Origin: an uncultured Candidatus Saccharibacteria bacterium
Lineage (GTDB): Bacteria; Patescibacteriota; Minisyncoccia; Phycocordibacterales; UBA918
Length of the DNA: 64,000 nucleotides
Reading direction: 5' to 3'
NCBI GenBank assembly: GCA_964350985.1
Contig: CAYGLK010000003.1
Location: 21,811-85,810, forward strand
The notes beneath the pieces are model-generated. The model did not search any database. It saw nothing but the letters and a program-made list of their open reading frames with translations, and was not told the origin of the DNA. A program made the position numbers and the translations under genes. Below are positions 1-9,620 of the stretch, piece after piece; position 1 is the stretch's first letter, and each line of letters starts with the position of its first letter.

Positions 1-10
1 GTTAAACTAC

Positions 11-49
11 AAAAAAGACGCTGGGGCCAAAGGCCCCAGCGTCTTTTTT
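11..49. terminator. Bidirectional rho-independent terminator hairpin (A-tract, GC stem, T-tract)
   Basis: Perfect inverted repeat aaaaaagacgctggggcc/ggccccagcgtctttttt flanked by A and T runs; lies downstream of rpsR on minus strand. Confidence 0.6.
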
Positions 50-177
50 GTTTAGAAATTGTTTTAAAAGCTTTTCCTATGAGGCGCCTAGGAGCGAAGA
101 CCGGAGACGTACTTTTGTACGATGACGGTCTGAGCGACGCAGGCAACAAAGTAGGCAGAGTTTTTAAGCAATTTCTT

Positions 178-381
178 CTAGTGTTGGATATACGGCATCA
201 GTGCCATAAACCGTGCTCGCTTCACTGATCGAGCGAAGTCTCGTTGCGCTTTTGCTGAAAAACCTGACCGTTTTCGACTAAATAGTCGTGCGTGCGGATT
301 TACAAAGTTACCCAGTTGAGTAATGTCCTTGTAATCAATGTGTTCCAATGTCGCTTTTTTGTGTAAGTTATGTTGTTCCAT
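178..381 (-). CDS. rpsR: 30S ribosomal protein S18
   Basis: 67-aa translation with S18 signature YKDITQL..FVNPHARLFSRKRSGFSAKAQR; last gene of rpsF-ssb-rpsR arrangement. Confidence 0.9.
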   Translation of the reverse strand: MEQHNLHKKATLEHIDYKDITQLGNFVNPHARLFSRKRSGFSAKAQRDFARSVKRARFMALMPYIQH

Positions 382-543
382 GTTGGTTGTTTAGCTGTTA
401 ATGTTTCAAATTATGCAGGTGCGATTTTAAAAGGCTAGATACCTAAGATACGAGGCGCAGCAAACTTTTTACGGGAGCGGTAGGTTGCTACCGTGACTGT
501 AAAAAGTGTAGCTGCAACAAAGTAGATTGGGTATATTAGTCTT

Positions 544-987
544 TTAAAATGGGATGTCCTCTGGGTTGATATCTTCCTCAGGATAATCAGGTAATACAGA
601 AGCGCTTCCTCCCTTATCTGAATCTTTCGAGTCTGTATTTGCTGGTGTACTACCGCCACCACTACTCTTAGGACCAAACTGGACTCGGTCAGCAATTACT
701 TCAGTACGGTATTGCTTCTGACCATCTTTTTCCCAGCTTCTTGTCTGCATTCTACCTTCAACATAAGCACTACTTCCCTTATTGAGCCATTTAGCGCAGT
801 TTTCAGCCTGCTTACCAAAAACTACAATATTGTGATAATCAGCTATTTCTTGTCGCTTGCCATCTCGATCATTGTAGACACGATTTGTAGCTAGCGAGAA
901 AGAACACACTTGAATTCCACTTGGGAGAGCTTTCATTTCTGGTTCTCTTGTTAGATTACCGAAGACCATTGCTTTGTTGAGGTACAT
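544..987 (-). CDS. ssb: Single-stranded DNA-binding protein
   Basis: OB-fold-like N-terminal region, Gly/Ser-rich linker and acidic C-terminal tail ending DIPF typical of bacterial SSB; sits between rpsF and rpsR. Confidence 0.88.
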   Translation of the reverse strand: MYLNKAMVFGNLTREPEMKALPSGIQVCSFSLATNRVYNDRDGKRQEIADYHNIVVFGKQAENCAKWLNKGSSAYVEGRMQTRSWEKDGQKQYRTEVIADRVQFGPKSSGGGSTPANTDSKDSDKGGSASVLPDYPEEDINPEDIPF

Positions 988-1018
988 AATTTTTGCGATT
1001 AGTGATTAGTATCTTTTA

Positions 1019-1555
1019 TTATACTGTCTCCTCTTCATCAGCGCCAACTTCTTCTTTTGCATCATCTTCTGAAGCTACTTCAGTCTCTTCTTCTACCTTT
1101 TCATCCTCTACCTCTTCTGTTTCCTCTTCAACATTTCGCACTTTACGATCTGCGATTGATTCGTGGAATTTGAAAGGATTTTGTTCTTCTACCTTTGTTA
1201 GACGTACCAATAGGTAACGTAACAAGTCTTTGTTTGAATCAAGTGATTCAGTAACCTTCTCGATACTGAGTGAATCCAAACGGAAACGAACCCAACCGAA
1301 GTAAGCACTACTAAATTTTCGATTTTTTCCTTCTAGATACTTGATAATATCGTAAGCAAGATCAAAACGTTGTGGAGCTTCTTCATCGAAGATTTCACCA
1401 CCAACTTTTGTAATAATTGCCTTGATTTTTTCAACTACTTTTTGTACTTCCCCTTCAGCAACCGTTGGAAGAACGTGGTAAGCAAATTCGTAACTAATGA
1501 ATTCTTTTTCACTAGCTGAACCTACTTCGGTCGCTGGCATATTTGTTTCTGACAT
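1019..1555 (-). CDS. rpsF: 30S ribosomal protein S6 with long acidic C-terminal tail
   Basis: S6-like N-terminal 100 aa (YEFAYHVLPT...), E/D-rich tail; operon position upstream of ssb. Confidence 0.8.
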   Translation of the reverse strand: MSETNMPATEVGSASEKEFISYEFAYHVLPTVAEGEVQKVVEKIKAIITKVGGEIFDEEAPQRFDLAYDIIKYLEGKNRKFSSAYFGWVRFRLDSLSIEKVTESLDSNKDLLRYLLVRLTKVEEQNPFKFHESIADRKVRNVEEETEEVEDEKVEEETEVASEDDAKEEVGADEEETV

Positions 1556-1642
1556 TTTGTCTCAGAACTTAATTAATAACGCAGTAACCCTAACACGAAA
1601 TAAGGCCTTATTCAAGGGCACTGGCCGTGCTAGAATAAGTGC

Positions 1643-2581
1643 ATGAATAGTGAAAAATCAAACTTAAAAGTCATCTACGGAGCTATATTCTTCGTCATTC
1701 TAGCTCTGGCTGGGTACCTACTTTATAGCAATATAATGCAGGACCGAAAAATAGATATGCTGATGGAAGAGAGAAATTACTTCTTGCTTGAAAACGCCTC
1801 CACAACTAAGTTTTTCTTAAACGAGCAAGCAAAAGCTAGTTCTACTATCAACGAGCTCTCAGAAAGACTAGCTCTAACTACTGAAGAACTAGAAGATATT
1901 GAAAGAGATTATGAACGAGAAAAGGACAAAAATGAAGAATTTGAAGACCAGATTAAAGCAATTTCAGGAACCGTCGGGGTATTAGATAAACTGTCAAAAA
2001 CTGACAAAGAGTTGCTGCAAAAATACTCACGTACTTACTTCTTGAATGAAAACTTTATTCCGATGAAGTTACGACAAATTTCCAGTAAATACGTTCTGCC
2101 TGGTAAAAAGGATCAGTATTTCCACGGTGGTGCCCTAGAGTTTTTGACTGACATGATTGATGAAGCAGAAGACGATGGTTTGGAGCTAATGATTGTCTCA
2201 GCCTATCGTTCATTTGACGAACAGTCTGCGGTGAAGGGTCAACACACTCAAGTCTATGGTACTGGAGCCAACACTTTCTCAGCTGACCAAGGATACTCTG
2301 AACACCAGCTAGGTACTACAGCAGACTTAACCAACCCTACAGTAGCTGGAGCTTTTGATAGTTTTGCCACTACCGAAGAATATGAATGGTTAAAAGATAA
2401 CGCTTATAAATTTGGGTTTGTTCTCTCCTATCCTGAAGGTAATAACTTTTACATCTTTGAGCCATGGCACTGGCGCTTCGTTGGCACCGACCTAGCTCGA
2501 GACTTAAGACGTGATGGAGTAGAATTCTACGAATGGGATCAACGAAAGATCGATGAATACTTAGTTAAAATATTTGATTAA
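1643..2581 (+). CDS. Membrane-anchored D-alanyl-D-alanine carboxypeptidase (VanY / peptidase M15B family) with coiled-coil linker
   Basis: N-terminal TM helix; C-terminal motifs SAYRSFDEQ and EHQLGTTADL/ W.WHWRF characteristic of VanY-type zinc carboxypeptidases. Confidence 0.7.
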   Translation: MNSEKSNLKVIYGAIFFVILALAGYLLYSNIMQDRKIDMLMEERNYFLLENASTTKFFLNEQAKASSTINELSERLALTTEELEDIERDYEREKDKNEEFEDQIKAISGTVGVLDKLSKTDKELLQKYSRTYFLNENFIPMKLRQISSKYVLPGKKDQYFHGGALEFLTDMIDEAEDDGLELMIVSAYRSFDEQSAVKGQHTQVYGTGANTFSADQGYSEHQLGTTADLTNPTVAGAFDSFATTEEYEWLKDNAYKFGFVLSYPEGNNFYIFEPWHWRFVGTDLARDLRRDGVEFYEWDQRKIDEYLVKIFD

Positions 2582-2587
2582 TGTAAC

Positions 2588-2629
2588 CAAAAAAGAAAAG
2601 GCCAAGCTTCGCTTGGCCTTTTCTTTTTA
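2588..2629. terminator. Bidirectional terminator hairpin between convergent genes
   Basis: aaaagaaaaggccaagc-ttcg-cttggccttttctttt perfect stem-loop. Confidence 0.6.
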
Positions 2630-2636
2630 ACATCTT

Positions 2637-3506
2637 CTAGTGCAACTCAATCCCGTACAACTTCTCAGCATTCAAAAGCAATTGTTCCCCTACTTTATAA
2701 ACTGGCATCTCTTTTAGATCAGCGATTTTTTCTACCACTTTACTCACATACCTTGGTTCACAGCGCTGACCACGAAAAGGAATTGGCGAAACAAACGGCG
2801 AATCAGTCTCGGCATGCATCAGATCTAACGGGACTGCCTTAACTATTTCCTCATAGTCTTTAGCAAAAGTAATAACGCCAGTAAAAGAAACGGTAAATCC
2901 CAGATCAAAAAACTTCTTAGCTTGTTCGTAGTTGCCGGCATAGAAGTGGATATTTCCAGGTACTTTGGCATATTGTTTTAAGATAGAGTGAACGTCAGCG
3001 TAAGCACTGTTTCCTGTAGGGCTTTTCTGTCCTGGCTTTGGATCACGGGTATGAATCATGAGCGGCAAAGAAAGTTCGTTGGCCAGCTCAACCTGAGCGA
3101 TAAAAGCAGCTTCCTGCGCGGCATAAGTCTCTTTTCCATTGTGATAATAGTCAAAACCACACTCACCTATTCCTACTACTTTCTTACTTGAGGCTGCTAG
3201 GGTGCGATAAAAATCTTTATCAAAAACTTCACCTTTAGAGCTGAAGACCTGTCCCCCAGGACCGATCTCCTTCTCGTCATGTGCCCCTGGAACAGTCTGG
3301 ATTGGATGCAGGCCAATAATAGCGAAGAGGTTACGGTGCAGGGCCGCTAATCTCACTGCTTTAGCACTGGTAGACTCTTTAGTTCCTACGTTAATAACTG
3401 CCACCCCCTCTTCAATGCATTTAGCATTTACCTCATTGTAGTCATCATTAAAAGCCGAAAGATTTAAATGAGCATGAGTATCAATGTATTGAAATTTATT
3501 TTCCAT
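2637..3506 (-). CDS. TatD-family metal-dependent hydrolase (DNase)
   Basis: N-terminal IDTHAHL motif, internal GECGFDYY and later His/Asp metal ligands typical of TatD TIM-barrel hydrolases. Confidence 0.75.
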   Translation of the reverse strand: MENKFQYIDTHAHLNLSAFNDDYNEVNAKCIEEGVAVINVGTKESTSAKAVRLAALHRNLFAIIGLHPIQTVPGAHDEKEIGPGGQVFSSKGEVFDKDFYRTLAASSKKVVGIGECGFDYYHNGKETYAAQEAAFIAQVELANELSLPLMIHTRDPKPGQKSPTGNSAYADVHSILKQYAKVPGNIHFYAGNYEQAKKFFDLGFTVSFTGVITFAKDYEEIVKAVPLDLMHAETDSPFVSPIPFRGQRCEPRYVSKVVEKIADLKEMPVYKVGEQLLLNAEKLYGIELH

Positions 3507-3518
3507 ATTTTAAAAGCC

Positions 3519-4067
3519 TTATTTAGACAGATTAAGAAAGTTTTTAATAATTGGTCTGTATGTATTGTATTCATTATAACTATGGTCATTTCCTGCTAAT
3601 TCAATAAAAGTGATGGTGTTTTGCGCGTATTGATTAATAGACTTCTTCGCAAAATCATAATTAGCAGTTGGATCATTGTTGTTATGAAGAGCAATGGCTG
3701 GACCAGGAAAATTTGATAAAGATGACCAATCCTCTTTAAAAATACCCTTATCCGCCAAATCTAAAGGAAGTCCGAAGAAGACGCACTTCGCAGGATTAAT
3801 AATGTGTTGATGTACTGCTAAAAAAGACAAAAGAGATCCTACTGATTTAGCAAAGATAAAGAATGAAGTGTCTGGAGAGGACAATTTAATTTCCTGATTT
3901 AGTTTATTAATCTCTGTTTCAAAATTAATAGACTCATTTCCAGACTCCCAATGATCGTAGTGCTGCATGTAAACAGCATCGAATAAATCACCAAATTCAG
4001 CTGCTACTTCCTCTCCCCAACTTTTGTTGCGTGGGCTATTTCCTGGAAAAATAATCAGTTTATTCAT
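3519..4067 (-). CDS. Small alpha/beta-fold serine hydrolase (YdeN/RBBP9-like)
   Basis: 182 aa, nucleophile elbow FAKSVGS (GxSxG-like), downstream Asp/His candidates; size and layout match YdeN/RBBP9 esterases. Confidence 0.45.
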   Translation of the reverse strand: MNKLIIFPGNSPRNKSWGEEVAAEFGDLFDAVYMQHYDHWESGNESINFETEINKLNQEIKLSSPDTSFFIFAKSVGSLLSFLAVHQHIINPAKCVFFGLPLDLADKGIFKEDWSSLSNFPGPAIALHNNNDPTANYDFAKKSINQYAQNTITFIELAGNDHSYNEYNTYRPIIKNFLNLSK

Positions 4068-4084
4068 AGTTTATTTATATATAA

Positions 4085-5548
4085 TTAAACTAAACGATTA
4101 AATAAATTTTCTGGCTTTTTATTTTCCTTGATAGCTTCTAGAATAATGTTTGAGGTTTCTGGCATGAATGGTTCAAGTCTCTTGGTGATCAAGAATAGTG
4201 ATTCTCTAAGAGACTTTATAATTACGCGACCTGCCTCTATATCAGTCTTAACAAGTTTGAACGGCTCAGTTTCAGTAATACACTCATCAGCTAACTGAAT
4301 ATTGTGCCAAATATTATTAACTGTAGTTTGGATATCAAATTTATCTAACGGATCTTTATAGTGTTCTGAATAAATTGACTCCCAATCTTTTTGCGCTAGA
4401 CTAGCTTCATCAAATTTCTCTTCCAAGTGAGTCTCAGCCATCTTCATGACCCGCGCAGTTAGGTTTCCTAGTCCATTAACAAGTCCTGCTGTATACCATT
4501 CATCTAACTTATCCCAGGTAATATCAGAGTCATCAAAAGGATGGACATGTCTGAGTAACAGATAACGAGTAGCTTCTGTACCATATTTTTCAATTAGCTC
4601 ATACGGAGAAATAACATTACCCAGACTCTTACTCATTTTTTGTCCGCCGCTGTTTATAAAGCCGTGGTAGACCACTTTGTCAGTAGCTTTAACGTTGGCG
4701 CTCTTGAGCATCGCCTGCCACATCACTGATTGGAATCGAACTTGATCTTTTCCTCCAAGTTGTACCACTTCCCCCTCAGTCCAAAACTTTTTAAAATCTC
4801 CTTCTTCCTCAGGCCAACCCAGAGTAGAGATATAGTTTGTTAGAGCATCAAACCAAACATACATCACTTGATTATCATCATCAGGAACAGATACACCCCA
4901 GTTTAGTCGTTCTCGCTCTCGTGAAATACTAAAGTCCTCTAAACCACCTTTTACAAAAGTAATTGCCTCTTGGCGGCGCCACTCAGGCAAGATCACTCCC
5001 GGTTCAGACAGATAGTCTTCCAAATATTTTTGATAATTTGAAAGTTTGAAGAAATAATTTTCCTCAGCAATCTCTTCGGTTGGCTTACCGTGAATCAGAC
5101 AACATTTGTTTGCATCTAGTTCACTTTCTTTGTAGAAAAGCTCACAACCAACACAATACAGACCGGTATACTGTTTTTTATAAATATCTCCAGCAGCTAA
5201 ACATCGGCGCCAAATCTCTGATGCCGCCTTCTTGTGTCCTTCGCTACTTGTCCTAATGAAGTTATCAAAAGAGAGATTCAAGCCAGTTTTAGAGTCGCTC
5301 AACTTTTTAAACTCATCGGCAAAGTGATCCACGTATTCCTGTCTACTCTTTCCTTCAGCATCAGCCTTATGAGCAATTTTTTGACCATGCTCATCCGTTC
5401 CAGTATTAAAAAAGACTTCATGTCCTTGCAGTCTCCAATATCGTGCTAAAACATCCGCCTGAAGCAATTCATAAGCAAAACCGATATGTGGATTGGCATT
5501 CACATAAGGTAATGTAGTAGTAATATAGCGGTCTTTTTTATCACTCAT
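4085..5548 (-). CDS. metG: Methionyl-tRNA synthetase (short form, no C-terminal tRNA-binding extension)
   Basis: HIGH-region PYVNANPHIGFAYE, zinc knuckle cysteines (CVGC...CCLIHG), VWFDALTNYIS and KMSKSLGNVI. Confidence 0.85.
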   Translation of the reverse strand: MSDKKDRYITTTLPYVNANPHIGFAYELLQADVLARYWRLQGHEVFFNTGTDEHGQKIAHKADAEGKSRQEYVDHFADEFKKLSDSKTGLNLSFDNFIRTSSEGHKKAASEIWRRCLAAGDIYKKQYTGLYCVGCELFYKESELDANKCCLIHGKPTEEIAEENYFFKLSNYQKYLEDYLSEPGVILPEWRRQEAITFVKGGLEDFSISRERERLNWGVSVPDDDNQVMYVWFDALTNYISTLGWPEEEGDFKKFWTEGEVVQLGGKDQVRFQSVMWQAMLKSANVKATDKVVYHGFINSGGQKMSKSLGNVISPYELIEKYGTEATRYLLLRHVHPFDDSDITWDKLDEWYTAGLVNGLGNLTARVMKMAETHLEEKFDEASLAQKDWESIYSEHYKDPLDKFDIQTTVNNIWHNIQLADECITETEPFKLVKTDIEAGRVIIKSLRESLFLITKRLEPFMPETSNIILEAIKENKKPENLFNRLV

Positions 5549-5638
5549 AGTAAAAATACTTTACCATAAGGGTGGAATAAAAGAAGGCCAGGAAGAGCGT
5601 AGCTCTTCCTGGCCTTCTTTTAAGTCATGTAATGAAGC

Positions 5639-7024
5639 CTACTTAAGATATTCCACCAAGTCAGCTATAGCTACTCTAGTCTGTTCTCCTGTATCTCGAT
5701 CACGTACAGTTACACTGTCTTTCAAAGCTGGATTCTCCTCCCCTAAAGTTTCGAAGTCAACCACAATACAAGCTGGTGTACCGATCTCATCTTGGCGACG
5801 GTATCGCTTACCGATATTTCCATTATCATCAAACTCAGCTCTCATCTCCGCTGACACTAAGGCGAACACTTCTTCGGCTTTAGCTACAAGTTCTGGACGA
5901 TTTTTTAATAGTGGAAATACAGCCACTTTGATCGGTGCTAATTTTTTTGGTAAACGTAACACTACCCGAGTCTCACCTCCCAATTCATCCTCATCATAAA
6001 ATTCGCTCAAAACTGCCAAGAAAGTACGGTCAAGTCCCACCGAAGTTTCAACAACATGAGGAATGTATTTTTCATTTGTATAAGGATCAAGATATTCTAG
6101 ACTAACACCTGAAAAAGTTTGATGCTGGGTTAAATCATAATTTCCTCTAGCATGTACTCCTTCAAGTTCTTTAAACCCAAATGGGAAATTGTATTCAATA
6201 TCGAATGCAGCTTTAGCATAAAACACTAAGTTTTCATGCTCATGCCATCGTAAATTTTCCGCCTTAAATCCAAGGTCTAAGTAATACTGCCAACGCTTCT
6301 CTTTCCAAATATTATAGAGTTCCATCTCCTGGTCTGGAGCTGTGAACATTTGCATTTCCATTTGTTCAAATTCTCGCTTACGGAAAATATACTGTCGTGG
6401 GGCAATTTCATTACGAAAAGCTTTTCCGATTTGAGCGATACCAAATGGAACCTTAACTCGAGTACTATCGACTACATTTTTAAAATTTAAATAAATGCCT
6501 TGGCAAGTCTCTCCACGCAGATAAGTGGGTTCTTTTGACCAGTCAGAAGAAAAGTTCCCTAAATTAGTCTGTGCCAGCAGATTAAAATTAACTACTTTAC
6601 CAAATTCTTTTTGCCCACACTTTGGGCAAACTAAAGACTCACGATTTTGATCAAAAATATTATTGATTTCTTCAATAGACATTTTTTCGTCAGCAAAAAC
6701 ATCTACTTCTTCAAGTAAATGGTCTGCTCTAGAACGAGTGTGGCACTTCTGACATTCAACTAAGGGATCAGAAAAACCACCGACATGGCCAGAGGCTTCC
6801 CATACTTTTGGATGAGTAACTATCGCAGAATCTAAACCGACCACATTTCTTTCCGTCTGAACCATCGCCTTCCACCAAGCAGCTTTAATGTTGTTAGCTA
6901 ACTCAACACCATAAGGACCGTAATCAAAAGATCCTACAAATCCCCCGTAAATATCACTACCTGGAAACACAAAACCACGCCGCTTACAAAGTGAAACAAT
7001 TTTTTCCATGCTGTCTTTTATCAT
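5639..7024 (-). CDS. glyQS: Glycyl-tRNA synthetase, dimeric class II (alpha2 type)
   Basis: N-terminal RRGFVFPGSDIYGG, class II motif 2 AFRNEIAPRQYIFRKREFEQMEMQ, C-terminal anticodon-binding domain. Confidence 0.85.
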   Translation of the reverse strand: MIKDSMEKIVSLCKRRGFVFPGSDIYGGFVGSFDYGPYGVELANNIKAAWWKAMVQTERNVVGLDSAIVTHPKVWEASGHVGGFSDPLVECQKCHTRSRADHLLEEVDVFADEKMSIEEINNIFDQNRESLVCPKCGQKEFGKVVNFNLLAQTNLGNFSSDWSKEPTYLRGETCQGIYLNFKNVVDSTRVKVPFGIAQIGKAFRNEIAPRQYIFRKREFEQMEMQMFTAPDQEMELYNIWKEKRWQYYLDLGFKAENLRWHEHENLVFYAKAAFDIEYNFPFGFKELEGVHARGNYDLTQHQTFSGVSLEYLDPYTNEKYIPHVVETSVGLDRTFLAVLSEFYDEDELGGETRVVLRLPKKLAPIKVAVFPLLKNRPELVAKAEEVFALVSAEMRAEFDDNGNIGKRYRRQDEIGTPACIVVDFETLGEENPALKDSVTVRDRDTGEQTRVAIADLVEYLK

Positions 7025-7042
7025 AATTCAGTATAATTTATA

Positions 7043-9013
7043 TTATTCCTCTACTACCCCATTACCTTTAGAAAAGCCAAACTCAGTCGATAGCTCACTA
7101 GTAATTTGAAACGCTTCGGCAGTGATTGTCGTACCAGTAAATCGATCTGTAGCCCGAACCTGCTGATTATTAATCACTACTGGAGTTCTATCAACTTGAG
7201 TCACACTTGGCAAGAGTCCGACTTGAAACTGTAGTTTTTTACTACTTTTTGTATCCATAGTCCCAATATTCCATCTGATCTGCTTTGAGCTTGGATTATA
7301 CTCCACAGTACCTGGTCCATCATAATTATCAAGCCAGGTAACGTATTGAGGTAATGTAGTAGTCAAAACAGTCTCAGTCGCATCATTTGCCCCTGCCACC
7401 ACCTCCAAGGTAGCTGTATAAGTAGTTGTCTTATTAGCTTGTGGTGGAATCGGCCCGGCATCTTCAAACAGACCGTCTCCATGACCTAGCTGAGATCTAG
7501 TGATTATCCTAGACTCAAATTTTGCCTCAGCTACAATCGTACCGACAATCTCCTCAGTAGCTCCTGGCTCGTTTAATCTTCGAGCAAAGATTTTAGTTGA
7601 GACATCAAAGGAAGCCGTCTGTTGATTTGGGTCTGGTTTAACTTTAAAAGTAAATTCACGACTATCTCCTGGCTTAACTTCTGAAAGATTTGGTTCACCT
7701 GAAACTTCCCAAGTGATTTTTTGAGCATTTGAATCATAGAAGCCAGTTGGCACACTCACTAAATTGTCTCTGATGACATTCCCTTTTGGAGATACCTCTA
7801 CCCGCATATCATAAATAGATTCGTTTAAAGTATTCTTGACCAAGATCGATACCTCAGCATCCTCATCAAAATCTACTACTGTTGCCCCGTCTTTGTCTCC
7901 GTTAATATCTACAGAGACATCAATAAAAGGTCTCTCGATTGTATAGTCAAGTGTCGATTTAGTGAGAACAGATCCCATAATAAACTGATTATCTGACCTA
8001 GGTGTACCCGCAGTTAGCTGAACCTCTCCTCTTTCGTCAGCTTCTCCGTTCACTAGACCTCTGACAGTAATTGTTTCTGAAGAGTCAGGAGCGATCTCTT
8101 TTATCAGCCATTCGTTTTGGCCGTAAGCTGGCTCTGGATCAGAACTGATAAAAGAAAAACTATTAGGATAATCAGCACTGACAAGAATGTTTCTTTGCAC
8201 TGCAGAAGCGTTTGATTGTAAGGTAATTTTTAATTCCAACTCTTGTCCGGAGGAGACCTTACTTAATGAAGTTGCCCTAACAACCAGCGGTGAAGAATTT
8301 ATGGTAATTTTTATCGGTTCTGCATCTTTGAAGAAAGTTCCGTTTGAACCAACCACTCGATACTCTATAGAAGCTTTAATTTCCTTTTCTTCGTTTTCTT
8401 CACCAAATAAAATAATATCCACTGGTATATTTACGGCTTCTCCGGGACCAATGTCGGATACTGGAATTCTTTCTTCAAATAAGTCTCGCGCTTGTTCGTC
8501 ACTTGTCTTGGTTCCGCTTGGGTAATTTAAGATTAAGTTTGCTGACTCGATTTTAACTGTGTTCTGGTTTGAGACACTGATTTGCAAAGTTACTCCCTCT
8601 CCAGCTGCCACAGCCGTCGGCGCATTCAGGTCAATACTTATATTTCGAGTAGATATTTGGTTGGTACCAAAAAATAAATATATGCTGGAAATAATTGCCA
8701 CCACAATAAAAACCGCTAAGCTTGCAAGCAAAATAATCAGACGATATGGGCGTTTCTTTTTTACCTCAGGTCGCTCTACCGAATAATCAACAGCACCTGG
8801 ATTTGTTTCTTCGGTAGAAGCCGGATTATCAGAAGGTACTGGTTCAGGTTGAGGTGTCAGGACCGGCCTAGGAGCGACATCGCTCCAGCCGCGAGAAACA
8901 TCTACATCAGAAGCAGATAACTCATGGCGATCTTCTTCTTTATCAAGAAAATCTCGCTCATAAAGCCTTTTTCTTAAGTCATCTATATTTTTCTGATCTC
9001 TAATACCTGACAT
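7043..9013 (-). CDS. Large membrane-anchored hypothetical protein (Pro-rich cytoplasmic N-terminus, single TM, long repeat-containing extracytoplasmic region)
   Basis: 656-aa ORF with one hydrophobic helix (LIILLASLAVFIVVAIISSIYLFF) and beta-rich repeats; no recognisable catalytic motif. Confidence 0.5.
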   Translation of the reverse strand: MSGIRDQKNIDDLRKRLYERDFLDKEEDRHELSASDVDVSRGWSDVAPRPVLTPQPEPVPSDNPASTEETNPGAVDYSVERPEVKKKRPYRLIILLASLAVFIVVAIISSIYLFFGTNQISTRNISIDLNAPTAVAAGEGVTLQISVSNQNTVKIESANLILNYPSGTKTSDEQARDLFEERIPVSDIGPGEAVNIPVDIILFGEENEEKEIKASIEYRVVGSNGTFFKDAEPIKITINSSPLVVRATSLSKVSSGQELELKITLQSNASAVQRNILVSADYPNSFSFISSDPEPAYGQNEWLIKEIAPDSSETITVRGLVNGEADERGEVQLTAGTPRSDNQFIMGSVLTKSTLDYTIERPFIDVSVDINGDKDGATVVDFDEDAEVSILVKNTLNESIYDMRVEVSPKGNVIRDNLVSVPTGFYDSNAQKITWEVSGEPNLSEVKPGDSREFTFKVKPDPNQQTASFDVSTKIFARRLNEPGATEEIVGTIVAEAKFESRIITRSQLGHGDGLFEDAGPIPPQANKTTTYTATLEVVAGANDATETVLTTTLPQYVTWLDNYDGPGTVEYNPSSKQIRWNIGTMDTKSSKKLQFQVGLLPSVTQVDRTPVVINNQQVRATDRFTGTTITAEAFQITSELSTEFGFSKGNGVVEE

Positions 9014-9041
9014 GTTTTTTCTAGTATATCATCAAAAATAA

Positions 9042-9620
9042 CTACAAATGACTACTTTCTTGGGCTTTTGTGACTATACTTTCTATTTTTTTGACTAAAG
9101 TAGGGTCATTAATTACATCCAGGTCAGCTAGATCATTCAGAAGAACTTCCTTGGGTAGGGATTTTTGGTCAACATAGCCCAACATCGACAAAAAACGCAG
9201 TTGGATAAAGGCGTCCAGAAACTTGCGATCATTATTTTTAAGCGCTATTTGATCTAAAGCACTGATCATAAAATCATATAATTCAGCCGAAGCTTCTTCT
9301 CCACGAATAAACCGCCTGAGTAACTTATAGATAGCCACTACACTTCCCCTTGTCTCTCTATCTGTTGCTAAAGAAAAGTCATTCTTCTCAGATTCAACAC
9401 TACCAATACGCCAACCTGATTTTCCTTTGATCAAGGAAACTCGGATACGCGAAAAATCTTGGAGCGCATAACGCTGTTTAGACACCTCTTCTCTAACACT
9501 TTTTGCATTAGCAAAAAGCATTCCCGCTTCTCTGGTAAATAAGAGAAAAGATCTATCTGAAGTATTTTGATCGAAACTACCACAGACAACCGCTTCAGTT
9601 GTATAGGTAACGTAAGACAT
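9042..9620 (-). CDS. recO: DNA repair protein RecO (short form)
   Basis: N-terminal OB-fold region pattern (EAVVCGSFDQNTSDRSFLLFTREAGMLFANAKSVRE) resembling RecO; 192 aa, lacks C-terminal zinc-finger region. Confidence 0.45.
   Translation of the reverse strand: MSYVTYTTEAVVCGSFDQNTSDRSFLLFTREAGMLFANAKSVREEVSKQRYALQDFSRIRVSLIKGKSGWRIGSVESEKNDFSLATDRETRGSVVAIYKLLRRFIRGEEASAELYDFMISALDQIALKNNDRKFLDAFIQLRFLSMLGYVDQKSLPKEVLLNDLADLDVINDPTLVKKIESIVTKAQESSHL

Noticed and set aside
435-1217. Track ORFs 435-695(-), 712-894(+), 993-1217(+)
   Set aside because: They overlap ssb and rpsF on other frames or strands, with low-complexity translations. The well-supported rpsF-ssb-rpsR genes explain the region.
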